A stretch of 64,000 bases of DNA from Phoronis australis (taxonomy: Eukaryota > Animalia > Phoronida): positions 124,001 through 188,000 of the forward strand of contig NMRA01000646.1 in the NCBI GenBank assembly GCA_002633005.1, written 5' to 3'. The number at the start of each line of letters is the position of its first letter. Position 1 is the first letter of the stretch. The notes below the pieces were generated by a model. That model searched no databases. It was not told the origin of the DNA and saw only the letters and a list, made by a program, of their open reading frames with translations. A program made the translations under genes and the position numbers. This document shows positions 52,801-59,600 of the stretch, one piece after another.

Positions 52801-54575
52801 GAAATGATTATGTTTATAGGAATTGACCAAATTGGACCTTCTATTTTACTCAGCTAAAGGGAGCAAAGTGTAATTTTATTCAAGCCATTTCCTTTTTTCT
52901 TCTAGGTTGTGTTGATAAGATTCCAAACTGTCACGACTATTCTCCTGATGTGTGTTTCAATGAGTACATGGATTGGGCCAAACAGAACTGTGCTGACTTC
53001 TGTGGACATTGTGATGGTACATTCACTCCAAGGCCAAATCCTGGCACTACAAAATCTCCAGTTGCTAGTACAAAGTCACCCAACCCAAGCACTGGCGTTG
53101 TACCCAATCCATCTACCAAGAAACCAGGTGGGATTTTGAAATCACCTTGACGTTCAATATAATAAACCATTTGTTATGGACCAAGCAGGTTTGTTGTTCA
53201 GTATAACCTGTCTTCACGGTTTGTGATGTGAAAGTTTTCATGGATAGGCTTCATCAGTTTTCCTTTTGTTTTTAACATTACTTACAAGAGAGCTTATTAT
53301 TGAAACAGTGTGGTAGTGACCTTTTTGGAATAACTGCAACAAATTGGACATACAGGAGTGCGTTAATTATTGTGGATATTGCAGTTGTTATGCATTCTCT
53401 CCAAGGCCAAGTGCTGAAATGTCAAAAGCACTACTTGCCAGTACAAAATTTCTCGTCACAATGAAGCTAATTACTGACATTGTAACTAATGCGTCTACCA
53501 AACCACCAGGTGTAATTTTCGAATCATGTCAGCCATGAACAAGTACCAAGAGTTTTTGTTGGCCAAGCAAGCTGTTCAGTATGACATACTTTGGTCATGT
53601 GCATTAATTTTATTATTGTGTTTATTGTGTAGTGTATGTGTTTACGGTATCCAATCATTTAAGCATTTGGTTCAACTTAGTTGCTCATTTAGTGGAACTT
53701 AAAAATGATAGTTAACAGGCACTAACTTTGGTATCATTGTCGTTCAGGTTGTACTGACAAGAGAACTGATTGTAACCAGTACACTAAGGAAGTATGTTAC
53801 AATGAGTACATGGATTGGGCCAGAGAGAATTGTGCTGATTACTGTGGACATTGTTCTGGTACATTTACAAAAGGACCTGTTGTTTCGCCGAAACCGGCTA
53901 CTGGGATTGTCCCTAATCCAACAACAAGTAGACCAGGTGTGAGTAATAAACCACCTTCACGGACCACCAGAAAGCCAGGTGTCACATTGATTCCAGGTAT
54001 TTTATTCTCATTTTTTCAATTAATTTTAGAAATTTATTTCTGTATATCGTTTGAAGAATGCAAAGTGTATGGAAGTATCATTAGTTACTGAGATTGTATT
54101 TCACATCTGACTTCAGTATAGATCATGATCACACATTTCGCCCCTTAATATTGGCTAACTGCAATCACCTCATCTGCATTTTTTGGGTCAGTGATGTTTT
54201 CAATGCTTTTGTTTAATAATGGAAAGGAAACCCTATTGCAGGGAATATTGTGGAAGCCATTATTATTGGAAAACGCCAAATTCGACTTGTTTCTTACTCA
54301 CTCAAAAAGAGCAACGTGCAGTTTGATTCACGCATTTTCCTGTTTTCTTCTAGGTTGTGTTGATAAGATTCCGAACTGTCACAACTATTCTCCTGATGTG
54401 TGTTTCAATGAGTACAGTGATTGGGCCAAACAGAACTGTGCTGACTTCTGTGGACATTGTGATGGTACATTCACTCCAAGGCCAAATCCTGGCACTACAA
54501 AATCTCCAGTTGCTAGTACAAAGGCACCCAATCCAAGAAGTAGCATTGTACCCAATCCGTCTACCAAGAAACCAG
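1638..54575 (+). CDS. Gene 1 (62 traced exons, 5' and 3' incomplete): giant secreted-type CTL-vWA-IgGFcBD-vWA3-(ShK/VWC-like)n-(ShK-mucin)n protein
   Basis: Successive AG/GT-bounded exons join in compatible phases into one open frame of about 4,030 aa with recognisable domain motifs; no signal-peptide exon or stop exon seen. Confidence 0.85.
3456..3581 (+). CDS. Gene 1 exon: C-type lectin, C-half
   Basis: tgcag|..G|gtacgt; [21 protein letters not shown]. Confidence 0.9.
4621..5187 (+). CDS. Gene 1 exon: vWA domain 1
   Basis: [27 protein letters not shown]; phase 1-1. Confidence 0.93.
5323..5360. other. Perfect 15-bp stem hairpin, fragment of the same dispersed element
   Basis: accatcgtctctgct / agcagagacgatggt followed by cattgtttag; compare 55108-55153. 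Confidence 0.7.
6191..6412 (+). CDS. Gene 1 exon: P/T-rich linker and start of IgGFc-binding region
   Basis: ctctag|..G|gtatgt; [21 protein letters not shown]. Confidence 0.85.
6848..7006 (+). CDS. Gene 1 exon: IgGFc-binding region
   Basis: ttcag|..G|gtgggt; PVRVTVYSP.. Confidence 0.8.
8006..8325 (+). CDS. Gene 1 exon: IgGFc-binding domain
   Basis: [34 protein letters not shown]; phase 1-0. Confidence 0.88.
9263..9994 (+). CDS. Gene 1 exon: IgGFc-binding domain core
   Basis: [38 protein letters not shown]; phase 0-0. Confidence 0.9.
10174..10722. mobile_element. Possible MITE with imperfect terminal inverted repeats
   Basis: ctcgctggttccctgggtgccg vs reverse complement of cggcacgcagagaatcaacgag. 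Confidence 0.4.
10903..10990 (+). CDS. Gene 1 exon: acidic putative metal-binding repeat
   Basis: [15 protein letters not shown]; cacag|..G|gtaaag. Confidence 0.85.
11989..12039 (+). CDS. Gene 1 exon: second acidic repeat
   Basis: [12 protein letters not shown]; tgtag|..A|gtaagt. Confidence 0.82.
12533..12559 (+). CDS. Gene 1 27-nt microexon (TSGPPIPSP)
   Basis: Long pyrimidine tract, ag|..CCAG|gtaatt; frame-preserving. Confidence 0.7.
12804..13397 (+). CDS. Gene 1 exon: vWA domain 2 (degenerate MIDAS)
   Basis: [24 protein letters not shown]. Confidence 0.92.
13718..13958 (+). CDS. Gene 1 exon: vWA3 part a
   Basis: [13 protein letters not shown]; GG|gtacgt. Confidence 0.9.
14579..14766 (+). 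CDS. Gene 1 exon: vWA3 part b
   Basis: [30 protein letters not shown]. Confidence 0.9.
15318..15452 (+). CDS. Gene 1 exon: vWA3 part c
   Basis: [22 protein letters not shown]. Confidence 0.9.
15827..15871 (+). CDS. Gene 1 45-nt linker microexon
   Basis: tttcag|..CCAG|gtattc; [15 protein letters not shown]. Confidence 0.72.
16442..16681 (+). CDS. Gene 1 exon: vWA4 part a
   Basis: [13 protein letters not shown]; G|gtcagt. Confidence 0.9.
17058..17381 (+). CDS. Gene 1 exon: vWA4 part b
   Basis: [18 protein letters not shown]. Confidence 0.9.
17915..18079 (+). CDS. Gene 1 exon: ShK domain 1
   Basis: [22 protein letters not shown]. Confidence 0.88.
18526..18683. repeat. 52-bp minisatellite, 3 copies
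   Basis: tttctgttgtggagagcactgataatatccatgtaggatccacgtgcatgta at 18526, 18578, 18630. Confidence 0.95.
18697..18855 (+). CDS. Gene 1 exon: ShK domain 2
   Basis: [22 protein letters not shown]. Confidence 0.88.
19135..19380 (+). mobile_element. Dispersed repeat, paralog of 35215-35468
   Basis: Shared aaagattt..ctcaatta and tagcctagtcttggtgt..ggtctgtaaa. Confidence 0.55.
19439..19556 (+). CDS. Gene 1 exon: VWC-like 1a
   Basis: [24 protein letters not shown]; phase 1-2. Confidence 0.88.
20032..20171 (+). CDS. Gene 1 exon: VWC-like 1b
   Basis: [20 protein letters not shown]; phase 2-1. Confidence 0.88.
20518..20632 (+). CDS. Gene 1 exon: VWC-like 2a
   Basis: [18 protein letters not shown]. 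Confidence 0.88.
21112..21251 (+). CDS. Gene 1 exon: VWC-like 2b
   Basis: [18 protein letters not shown]. Confidence 0.88.
21871..22002 (+). CDS. Gene 1 exon: ShK domain 3
   Basis: [21 protein letters not shown]. Confidence 0.88.
22031..22128. repeat. 48-bp tandem duplication
   Basis: tccaccgtctctagtaaacc.. at 22033 and 22081. Confidence 0.92.
22746..22972. mobile_element. MITE-like element
   Basis: ggggtctgttt..agtgacttaag vs gtcacttttcatgaaacagaaccc, an imperfect inverted repeat. Confidence 0.5.
23400..23426 (+). CDS. Gene 1 27-nt microexon (DLKPTPGTG)
   Basis: tttcag|..GAG|gtaagt; phase 1-1. Confidence 0.75.
24259..24370 (+). CDS. Gene 1 exon: VWC-like 3a
   Basis: [18 protein letters not shown]. 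Confidence 0.88.
25331..25560 (+). CDS. Gene 1 exon: VWC-like 3b + G/T/P linker
   Basis: [18 protein letters not shown]. Confidence 0.87.
25931..26045 (+). CDS. Gene 1 exon: VWC-like 4a
   Basis: [18 protein letters not shown]. Confidence 0.87.
26664..26893 (+). CDS. Gene 1 exon: VWC-like 4b + linker
   Basis: [20 protein letters not shown]. Confidence 0.87.
26934..27298 (+). mobile_element. MITE copy 1 (about 21-bp TIR; possibly Kolobok-type)
   Basis: aaggatactaaaccctgtttt..aaaactgggtttgatattctt; internally homologous to 29860-30202. Confidence 0.7.
27570..27684 (+). CDS. Gene 1 exon: VWC-like 5a
   Basis: [18 protein letters not shown]. Confidence 0.88.
28496..28674 (+). CDS. Gene 1 exon: VWC-like 5b
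   Basis: [18 protein letters not shown]. Confidence 0.87.
29286..29400 (+). CDS. Gene 1 exon: VWC-like 6a
   Basis: [18 protein letters not shown]. Confidence 0.88.
29860..30202 (+). mobile_element. MITE copy 2
   Basis: ttaa|agggatagtaaaccctgtttt..aaaaccgagtttagtatcctt. Confidence 0.7.
30256..30473 (+). CDS. Gene 1 exon: VWC-like 6b
   Basis: [18 protein letters not shown]. Confidence 0.87.
30906..31020 (+). CDS. Gene 1 exon: VWC-like 7a
   Basis: [18 protein letters not shown]. Confidence 0.87.
31521..31687 (+). CDS. Gene 1 exon: VWC-like 7b
   Basis: [18 protein letters not shown]. Confidence 0.87.
32409..32526 (+). CDS. Gene 1 exon: VWC-like 8a
   Basis: [18 protein letters not shown]. 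Confidence 0.87.
32546..32750. repeat. 12-bp intronic minisatellite (taccatcaccac and variants), about 17 units
   Basis: Directly visible; starts 20 nt after the donor of exon 8a. Confidence 0.95.
33014..33204 (+). CDS. Gene 1 exon: VWC-like 8b
   Basis: [18 protein letters not shown]. Confidence 0.87.
33640..34036. repeat. 67-bp tandem repeat, 6 copies, each containing the 3' splice site and exon start
   Basis: cttccacag ends at 33672, 33739, 33806, 33873, 33940, 34007. Confidence 0.95.
34008..34122 (+). CDS. Gene 1 exon: VWC-like 9a
   Basis: [19 protein letters not shown]. Confidence 0.85.
34463..34620 (+). CDS. Gene 1 exon: VWC-like 9b
   Basis: [18 protein letters not shown]. Confidence 0.86.
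35215..35468 (+). mobile_element. Dispersed repeat, paralog of 19135-19380
   Basis: Same shared blocks. Confidence 0.55.
35525..35674 (+). CDS. Gene 1 exon: ShK domain 4
   Basis: [21 protein letters not shown]. Confidence 0.87.
36118..36238 (+). CDS. Gene 1 exon: VWC-like 10a
   Basis: [19 protein letters not shown]. Confidence 0.88.
36845..36999 (+). CDS. Gene 1 exon: VWC-like 10b
   Basis: [18 protein letters not shown]. Confidence 0.87.
37758..37872 (+). CDS. Gene 1 exon: VWC-like 11a
   Basis: [18 protein letters not shown]. Confidence 0.88.
38301..38467 (+). CDS. Gene 1 exon: VWC-like 11b
   Basis: [18 protein letters not shown]. Confidence 0.86.
39132..39263 (+). CDS. Gene 1 exon: ShK domain 5
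   Basis: [21 protein letters not shown]. Confidence 0.88.
39390..39435 (-). ncRNA. Minimal type I hammerhead ribozyme motif (Penelope-type), antisense in an intron
   Basis: Minus strand reads CUU-CUGAUGA-U-GGUGUUU(caau)AAACACC-GAAAC-AU-GUC-AAG. Confidence 0.65.
39974..40094 (+). CDS. Gene 1 exon: VWC-like 12a
   Basis: [19 protein letters not shown]. Confidence 0.88.
40294..40454 (+). CDS. Gene 1 exon: VWC-like 12b
   Basis: [18 protein letters not shown]. Confidence 0.87.
40454..40592. repeat. 46-47-bp imperfect tandem repeat, 3 copies, each starting with the donor A|gtaagt
   Basis: agtaagtcaa at 40454, 40501, 40547. Confidence 0.85.
41028..41264 (+). mobile_element. Dispersed repeat, same family as 55420-55690 (opposite orientation)
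   Basis: Shared aaaaatggccag..tgaatgaaggactg..gagtatttgttcaagttg..ttaatcagtgtgaggc. Confidence 0.7.
41367..41481 (+). CDS. Gene 1 exon: VWC-like 13a
   Basis: [18 protein letters not shown]. Confidence 0.88.
41867..42015 (+). CDS. Gene 1 exon: VWC-like 13b
   Basis: [18 protein letters not shown]. Confidence 0.87.
43684..44270 (+). mobile_element. Helentron/DINE-1-like non-autonomous element
   Basis: T-rich start, (GTCY)n microsatellite at 43720-43757, about 125-bp core repeats marked by tagtggca. Confidence 0.6.
44618..44772 (+). pseudogene. Dead ShK exon copy
   Basis: [20 protein letters not shown]; in-frame TAG 44653 and TAA 44674. Confidence 0.8.
44971..45192 (+). CDS. Gene 1 array exon, type A (ShK + linker)
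   Basis: [24 protein letters not shown]; 222 nt, phase 1-1. Confidence 0.82.
45360..45600 (+). pseudogene. Decayed ShK-linker exon copy
   Basis: ..[25 protein letters not shown]; N-terminal half disrupted. Confidence 0.65.
45834..46082 (+). CDS. Gene 1 array exon, type B
   Basis: 249 nt; ttcag|..CCAG|gtatat. Confidence 0.82.
46663..46884 (+). CDS. Gene 1 array exon, type C1
   Basis: [24 protein letters not shown]; 222 nt. Confidence 0.85.
47347..47640 (+). CDS. Gene 1 array exon, type D1
   Basis: [16 protein letters not shown]..; 294 nt. Confidence 0.85.
48222..48443 (+). CDS. Gene 1 array exon C2
   Basis: Copy of C1. Confidence 0.83.
48906..49199 (+). CDS. Gene 1 array exon D2
   Basis: Copy of D1. 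Confidence 0.83.
49777..49998 (+). CDS. Gene 1 array exon C3
   Basis: Copy of C1. Confidence 0.83.
50466..50759 (+). CDS. Gene 1 array exon D3
   Basis: Copy of D1. Confidence 0.83.
51344..51565 (+). CDS. Gene 1 array exon C4
   Basis: Copy of C1. Confidence 0.83.
52028..52321 (+). CDS. Gene 1 array exon D4
   Basis: Copy of D1. Confidence 0.83.
52906..53127 (+). CDS. Gene 1 array exon, chimeric C/A
   Basis: C-type 5' half; A-type 3' end ([11 protein letters not shown]) and donor gtggga. Confidence 0.82.
53278..53520 (+). pseudogene. Decayed ShK-linker exon copy (paralog of 45360-45600)
   Basis: ..[25 protein letters not shown]. Confidence 0.65.
53748..53996 (+). CDS. Gene 1 array exon B2
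   Basis: Paralog of 45834-46082. Confidence 0.82.
54354..54575 (+). CDS. Gene 1 array exon C6
   Basis: Copy of C1. Confidence 0.82.
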
Positions 54576-55032
54576 GTAAGAACTTAGGATCACTTTGACA
54601 TTCAAAAAGTAAACCATCAACTATGTTAATGTTTAATATAACATGTTTTTACTATCATTCTGTATGAAATTAATCGTTGATAGCCATTATCAATTTTACT
54701 TCTTGAGATTGTACTTGTAGCTAATTATAACCAGTGTTGTAGTGACATTTTTTACAATAATTACATCGAGGACTGTTGATCATTGTGGACATTGTACGTA
54801 ATCCATCAAGCAAACTAACAGTTGTAACTTTGGAATCACCTTAGGCATGAACAGGTACCATTTTTATAGACCATGCAGGCTGTTCAGTATAATGGGTGTT
54901 GGCCGTGTGCATTAATTGTTGTGTTTGAAGTGTGGTTCATGTTTTTACAGTACAATTTAAGGGTTTGATTCAACTATTTTACTCACTAATAGGAAGTTTA
55001 GGGCACTATGTGTTGATATGATTGTCCTTCAG

Positions 55033-55094
55033 ATTGTACTGACAAGAGAACTGATTGTCACCTGTATGGTAGTGACATTTGTCACAATGAGTAC
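55033..55094 (+). pseudogene. Truncated D-type ShK exon
   Basis: [20 protein letters not shown], then an abrupt switch to repeat-element sequence. Confidence 0.75.
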
Positions 55095-55096
55095 GC

Positions 55097-55790
55097 CTAT
55101 AGGAGCTGCATCGCCTCTGGTTCGGGCCAACAGAGGCGATGGTCATTGCCTAGAGTCAGGCTAGACAAGACAGTACCTGCGTCTCTACTTAGCACTACCA
55201 GTCCTACGTTACCGAACTTTTTTTGAACTGTCCTTCGAGTAGGAAGGAATTAAAGACATCGACGCCCTCCCAAGGTGTCCCTCTATGTGCAAAAGGTAAG
55301 CAACGTGACTTTGATGGTTTAATCAGTGTGAGGATAATTTGCCGAAAAACTTTCGCCACCTATTGGAGTACCACTGTCTGTACTGCAAAGTAGAAACGCT
55401 GGCACCGTCTACTCTGTACCTAGACAGTGACTACCATCTCTAGCTGGCCCCAGTAGAGGCAGTGAAGCTCCTATAGGAACTTCATACGCACTAAGCTTTT
55501 CAGTGAATTATGCCTCACACGGATTAAAAAGTCAAGTTGTTATAAGTACCTTTTGCGCGTAGAGGGTTACCTTAGGAAGCCGTCAATGTCTTTAATCCCT
55601 TCCAACTTGAACAAATACTCCTGTAATCATACTTTTTCTTCGGGCAGTCCTTCATTCATTTGGCGAAATGGGCAGCTGGCCATTTTTACCACGTGAACGC
55701 TCCTATTTTTACTGCGCCTGCCTGGAGCGCTCACAATTTTAAAAAATGGCAAGTTGTCGATTTGGACTGCCCGAAGAAAAAGTTTGCTTC
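55097..55790. mobile_element. Nested inverted copies of a non-autonomous hairpin-bearing element
   Basis: cctataggagct at 55097 vs agctcctatagg ending about 55477; 55235-55340 inverted vs 55505-55615; homologous to 41028-41264 and the 5323 hairpin. Confidence 0.7.
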
Positions 55791-56001
55791 TTTGTGCTCG
55801 TCTTGAATTAAACATGTCATTACACAAGTTAACATGTATTGTTCAAAAAGTCAACATTTACTAATATAGTTGAAACACTTGTCAATCTTCACTCTCATGT
55901 AGAGTCTAGGTGTACTGTGACAGGCTTGTAAAACTTCACTCATATGTAGAGTCAACATGTACTGTGACAGACTTGTCAAACTTCACTCACACGTCAACAT
56001 A

Positions 56002-56190
56002 TACACCTCATTCACTCAGTCGCCATTTTGAAAGTGAGCCTCTTTTTAGGTTTTTAATGCATTCTGCGCTTAATCACTGCACAAAACATGATTTTTAGCG
56101 TGCTTCGTTATATTTGTGTCTCAAATGCATTGTTTTTTAAACCTAAAAAGAGGCTCACTACTTAAACGGTTACTGCGTGAATAAGGTGTA
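56002..56190. mobile_element. MITE with long TIRs, TA-flanked, inserted in a short tandem repeat
   Basis: tacacctcattcac..agtgagcctctttttaggttt vs aaacctaaaaagaggctcact..gtgaataaggtgta. Confidence 0.75.
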
Positions 56191-56315
56191 TGTTGTGATA
56201 GACTAGTTAAGCTTCACTCAAATATGTAGTGTTTGGACAAGATGTTTAATAATAAGCCCAATAACTGAGAAAATATGCACCTGGTTTTCTGTTTTTGATT
56301 AGAATTTTTTTTTCA

Positions 56316-56316
56316 N
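56316..56316. other. Single N (probable scaffold join)
   Basis: n in sequence; gene content changes across it. Confidence 0.8.
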
Positions 56317-56532
56317 ATACATGTATTTTCAACATTTAAGGCCTTGGCCCTCATGTTACATAAATGCCGTTGCAGGATGTATGTTTAATGTGCTCAGCAA
56401 ACAATGGAATATCTTGATGGAAAACACAATGCGATGTCTGTTTTCTTGAGCGAATAAGTAGAAATTGTCCTGAATTTGGTGGAAGATGTGTGCTTTTGTA
56501 ATGACACTGTAATAGCCTTGTTTACCATTCAG

Positions 56533-56695
56533 GTTTACAATGGTGTGAATCAGCAGTCTCCCAAACTACACACAGACAATGGCTTCACTGGTAGTGTTGT
56601 TCCTAGTCCTCTTCACCTGGGACCTGATGCCTTTATTAGATTCAAAACTGGCTCTACCAGAAACGATAAAGGATTCAAGTGTAAATTCTCTGTTG
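56533..56695 (+). CDS. Gene 2 exon: C-terminal part of a CUB domain
   Basis: VYNG..FIRFKTG..KGFKCKFS. Confidence 0.85.
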
Positions 56696-59600
56696 GTATG
56701 TTCATGCAAAACTTTTATTACTTTTAGCTAAGTGGCAATACTTTTTCAATGAGTTTGCCTGCTAACTAAATCATATGTTGGGAAGTTTTGATCCTCAAAG
56801 AGAACCAAAGTGTCAGATACTCTTAAGACTACCATTCACACTGTAAGTCAATAAAAGTTCATTCTGATAATGTAGTTGTGCATGTATCTGTTTACAGATT
56901 GCCCACCTTTACATCTTAATGAACACACCAATACATCATCACCTGAGTCCAATAAATACATGGCTAACTTCTCTGTCAGTTGTCTCAGTGGTTATCAATT
57001 TAACTTGGAGGAATATATGAACAAGTCCTCCGTGAACCTGGTGTGTGAGAAGGATGGCAAATGGAATATTGCTTTGAACCGTTTTCCTCGCTGTGTTCGT
57101 GAGTACTTTTGTTTTTAGTAATACGTGATTTTTTGACATTTTTATGAGCGTTTATGCTGTTTATTGTCACAGATATTAGAAACAAGGTTGAGTTTGAATG
57201 AGTCATATCTATTTGTAATCATATGTCATGTGCTTCACATTCTGTTTCAGCCATACGTTGTGGTCCATTGCCCGTCATTAAGCATGGTTCACCAGCCAAC
57301 TTGACCGATCCCAATATTGCAAACTACAAGTGTGATGTAGGCTACTCTCTGTCATCCAACATGTCCATCAAGTGTCAGTCTAATGGAAAATGGGAACAGC
57401 CACCGACCTGTCTACGTATGTTTCTCAGAGACTCAAGTTTAGTTTTTGGATGTGATCGCGCATTTGATATTTTATCACCATTTGTATCATTTAATTTCTC
57501 TTGTTTTATTCACAAATTTTGGCTTCTGGAAATGGCTCTGGCGAAATGAGTCAGCCCAACAGTATTCTTATTAAGTTCACAGTAAATAAATACTAGACAC
57601 TTGTGAAATTAAATGGCTTCAATGCTCTGGAAAGTTGAAACTTGTGCATGAGTATAGTCATAATTGTGCATGGTGAACGGAGGCAATATGGTCTGGTAAA
57701 TATTTCAATTGACACACAATTACTGGTGAATATTCCAACAATTTTGACTTCTTGCTTTTCAGCTGCCCGGTGTACAGCACTGGGTGATCTTGATAATGGT
57801 ATCAAAAATGTGACTGGCAATGAGACGGTGTTTGGTGCCCAAGTAGAGTTTCAGTGTAACCCAGGTTATGATCTTGTTGGTATACCAAATCTACTGTGTA
57901 CATCCTCTGGATGGTCAAACCCTAAGCCAGACTGTGAGAGTAAGTATCTCGGATTGGATGTGAAAGCCATTAGTCTCTGAATGATATGATTTGTGAGACA
58001 GCATACAGTTAACATGACTTTTCTAAGCCAAGACCATTAAAATTGACTTGGCTAAGTAATTACTTGGCAATTTCTTTAACCCTATACTATATTCTTTTTT
58101 GCATTCACAGCAGTTTCTCCTAAATCTCAAACATGATAAACGATGACGATGACTTCCGGATGTATCTGATTCCGTTTGTGCAAATTTATCTTTAGTTTCT
58201 CTGTATCGTTGGGTTTCCTGAATGAATTCTGATGACATTTGGCAAGTAGATTTTAATTACCGGGTCAATAGCAACTTCACATTTTGGATGGATTTGACTT
58301 GTTGTGCGTCACCTAGAGACTTCTTTATGATTTTTTGAGTTGGTGTAGCTTCTGCATTACCCAAACCACGCAAAGGATCATGAAACCTTACATGTGTTTA
58401 TTCTGAGAAATGCATAGCTGATGATGATTTTTGGACATTCCAATAATGTGGTGCTATATAGGGGCATTTTTTGCTTGCGTCTCAATATTTCTCAGAATCC
58501 TTGATGGATGTTTTTATTGAGAAGAGTGCAACCTATTTGGATTTTTGGTAAAATCCAACTACTGCAGAGTGCCCTAATGGGATTTTTGTTTTTCTTCTTT
58601 GTCATGATGTCTAGCAAGTTTCTTCTTGGATGTTCAAGAAATTTGAAAAGAAAGTTATTATCATATAGACAACAGCTCAAGCCTGATTTAAACAAATTTG
58701 ACCTACACTGCGACTCTTTTTTGCCAGGTTCTCTATATTCCGAACTTTGTGAAGAATTCTGTTGGGTGGCAGGTGTTTTCCTATTGAAGAGAGCATTATT
58801 TGCTTGATTTGCACCTCTTAGAGGCTATCATAGCATTGCTTCCTTTAATGGGATGTTTACAATCTTATTGTAGTTGTTCCTTGTATCAGCGCTACTTGTG
58901 ATGCTCAGAGTAGGTGCTTACTTATGCTTTGAGGGGATTTTGTTAATTTTTATTGTACTGATTTGTTTTAGAGTTGCGATGTGCCATGGTGGATGTTGAG
59001 AATGGCAAAGTAAATGCATCTGGAAACTACACTGAATTTGGTGATGTCATTAGTATCTCATGTAACCATGGTTACCATTTGAATGGCTCATTTACTGCCA
59101 TCTGTGGAGCAAACCAGACTGTCACACCTCTACCTACTTGTGATGGTATGTTAAAACTGTTTATAATTAAGTTATTGGTTGATTTAGTGAATGCTAGGTG
59201 AAGTTTCCTTGTTCTTTAATGGAACTGAACAAGTGTCGATGCAATGTCATCGGAATCATTTTTATATTCAATTTAGGTGTTTTATGACATTTGCGCCAGG
59301 GATTTGAAGATTTCCTCACAATTATTTGTTATATGTACTTTTTAATTCTCTTGTGTGTTGCCTTCTATTGTTCCCTTGTATTTTGTAGATGTCAATGAAT
59401 GCTTGAATGACAGTATTTGTGACCAATACTGCAAAAACTCTGATGGCAGCTTCCAGTGTTCTTGTGACCCTGGTTATAATCTAAATGGAACAAATTGTGT
59501 TGGTAAGTGTGCCAACCAGCTAGCTGTATGAAGACTATTGTCAAAATACAGCAAGGTGCTACTCCATTAGTTCTGTTCATCACCTTGTCGTGATACCTAT

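Larger units (their letters stand above)
44971..55094 (+). repeat. Tandem exon-intron array (core period 1555-1567 bp) encoding ShK + P/T/S/K-rich repeats
   Basis: C-type exons at 46663, 48222, 49777, 51344, 52906; introns near-identical. Confidence 0.97.

Noticed and set aside
4589-54587. Many antisense and alternative-frame ORFs over exons
   Set aside because: Shadows of real exons with no domain motifs; their recurrence is explained by the tandem array
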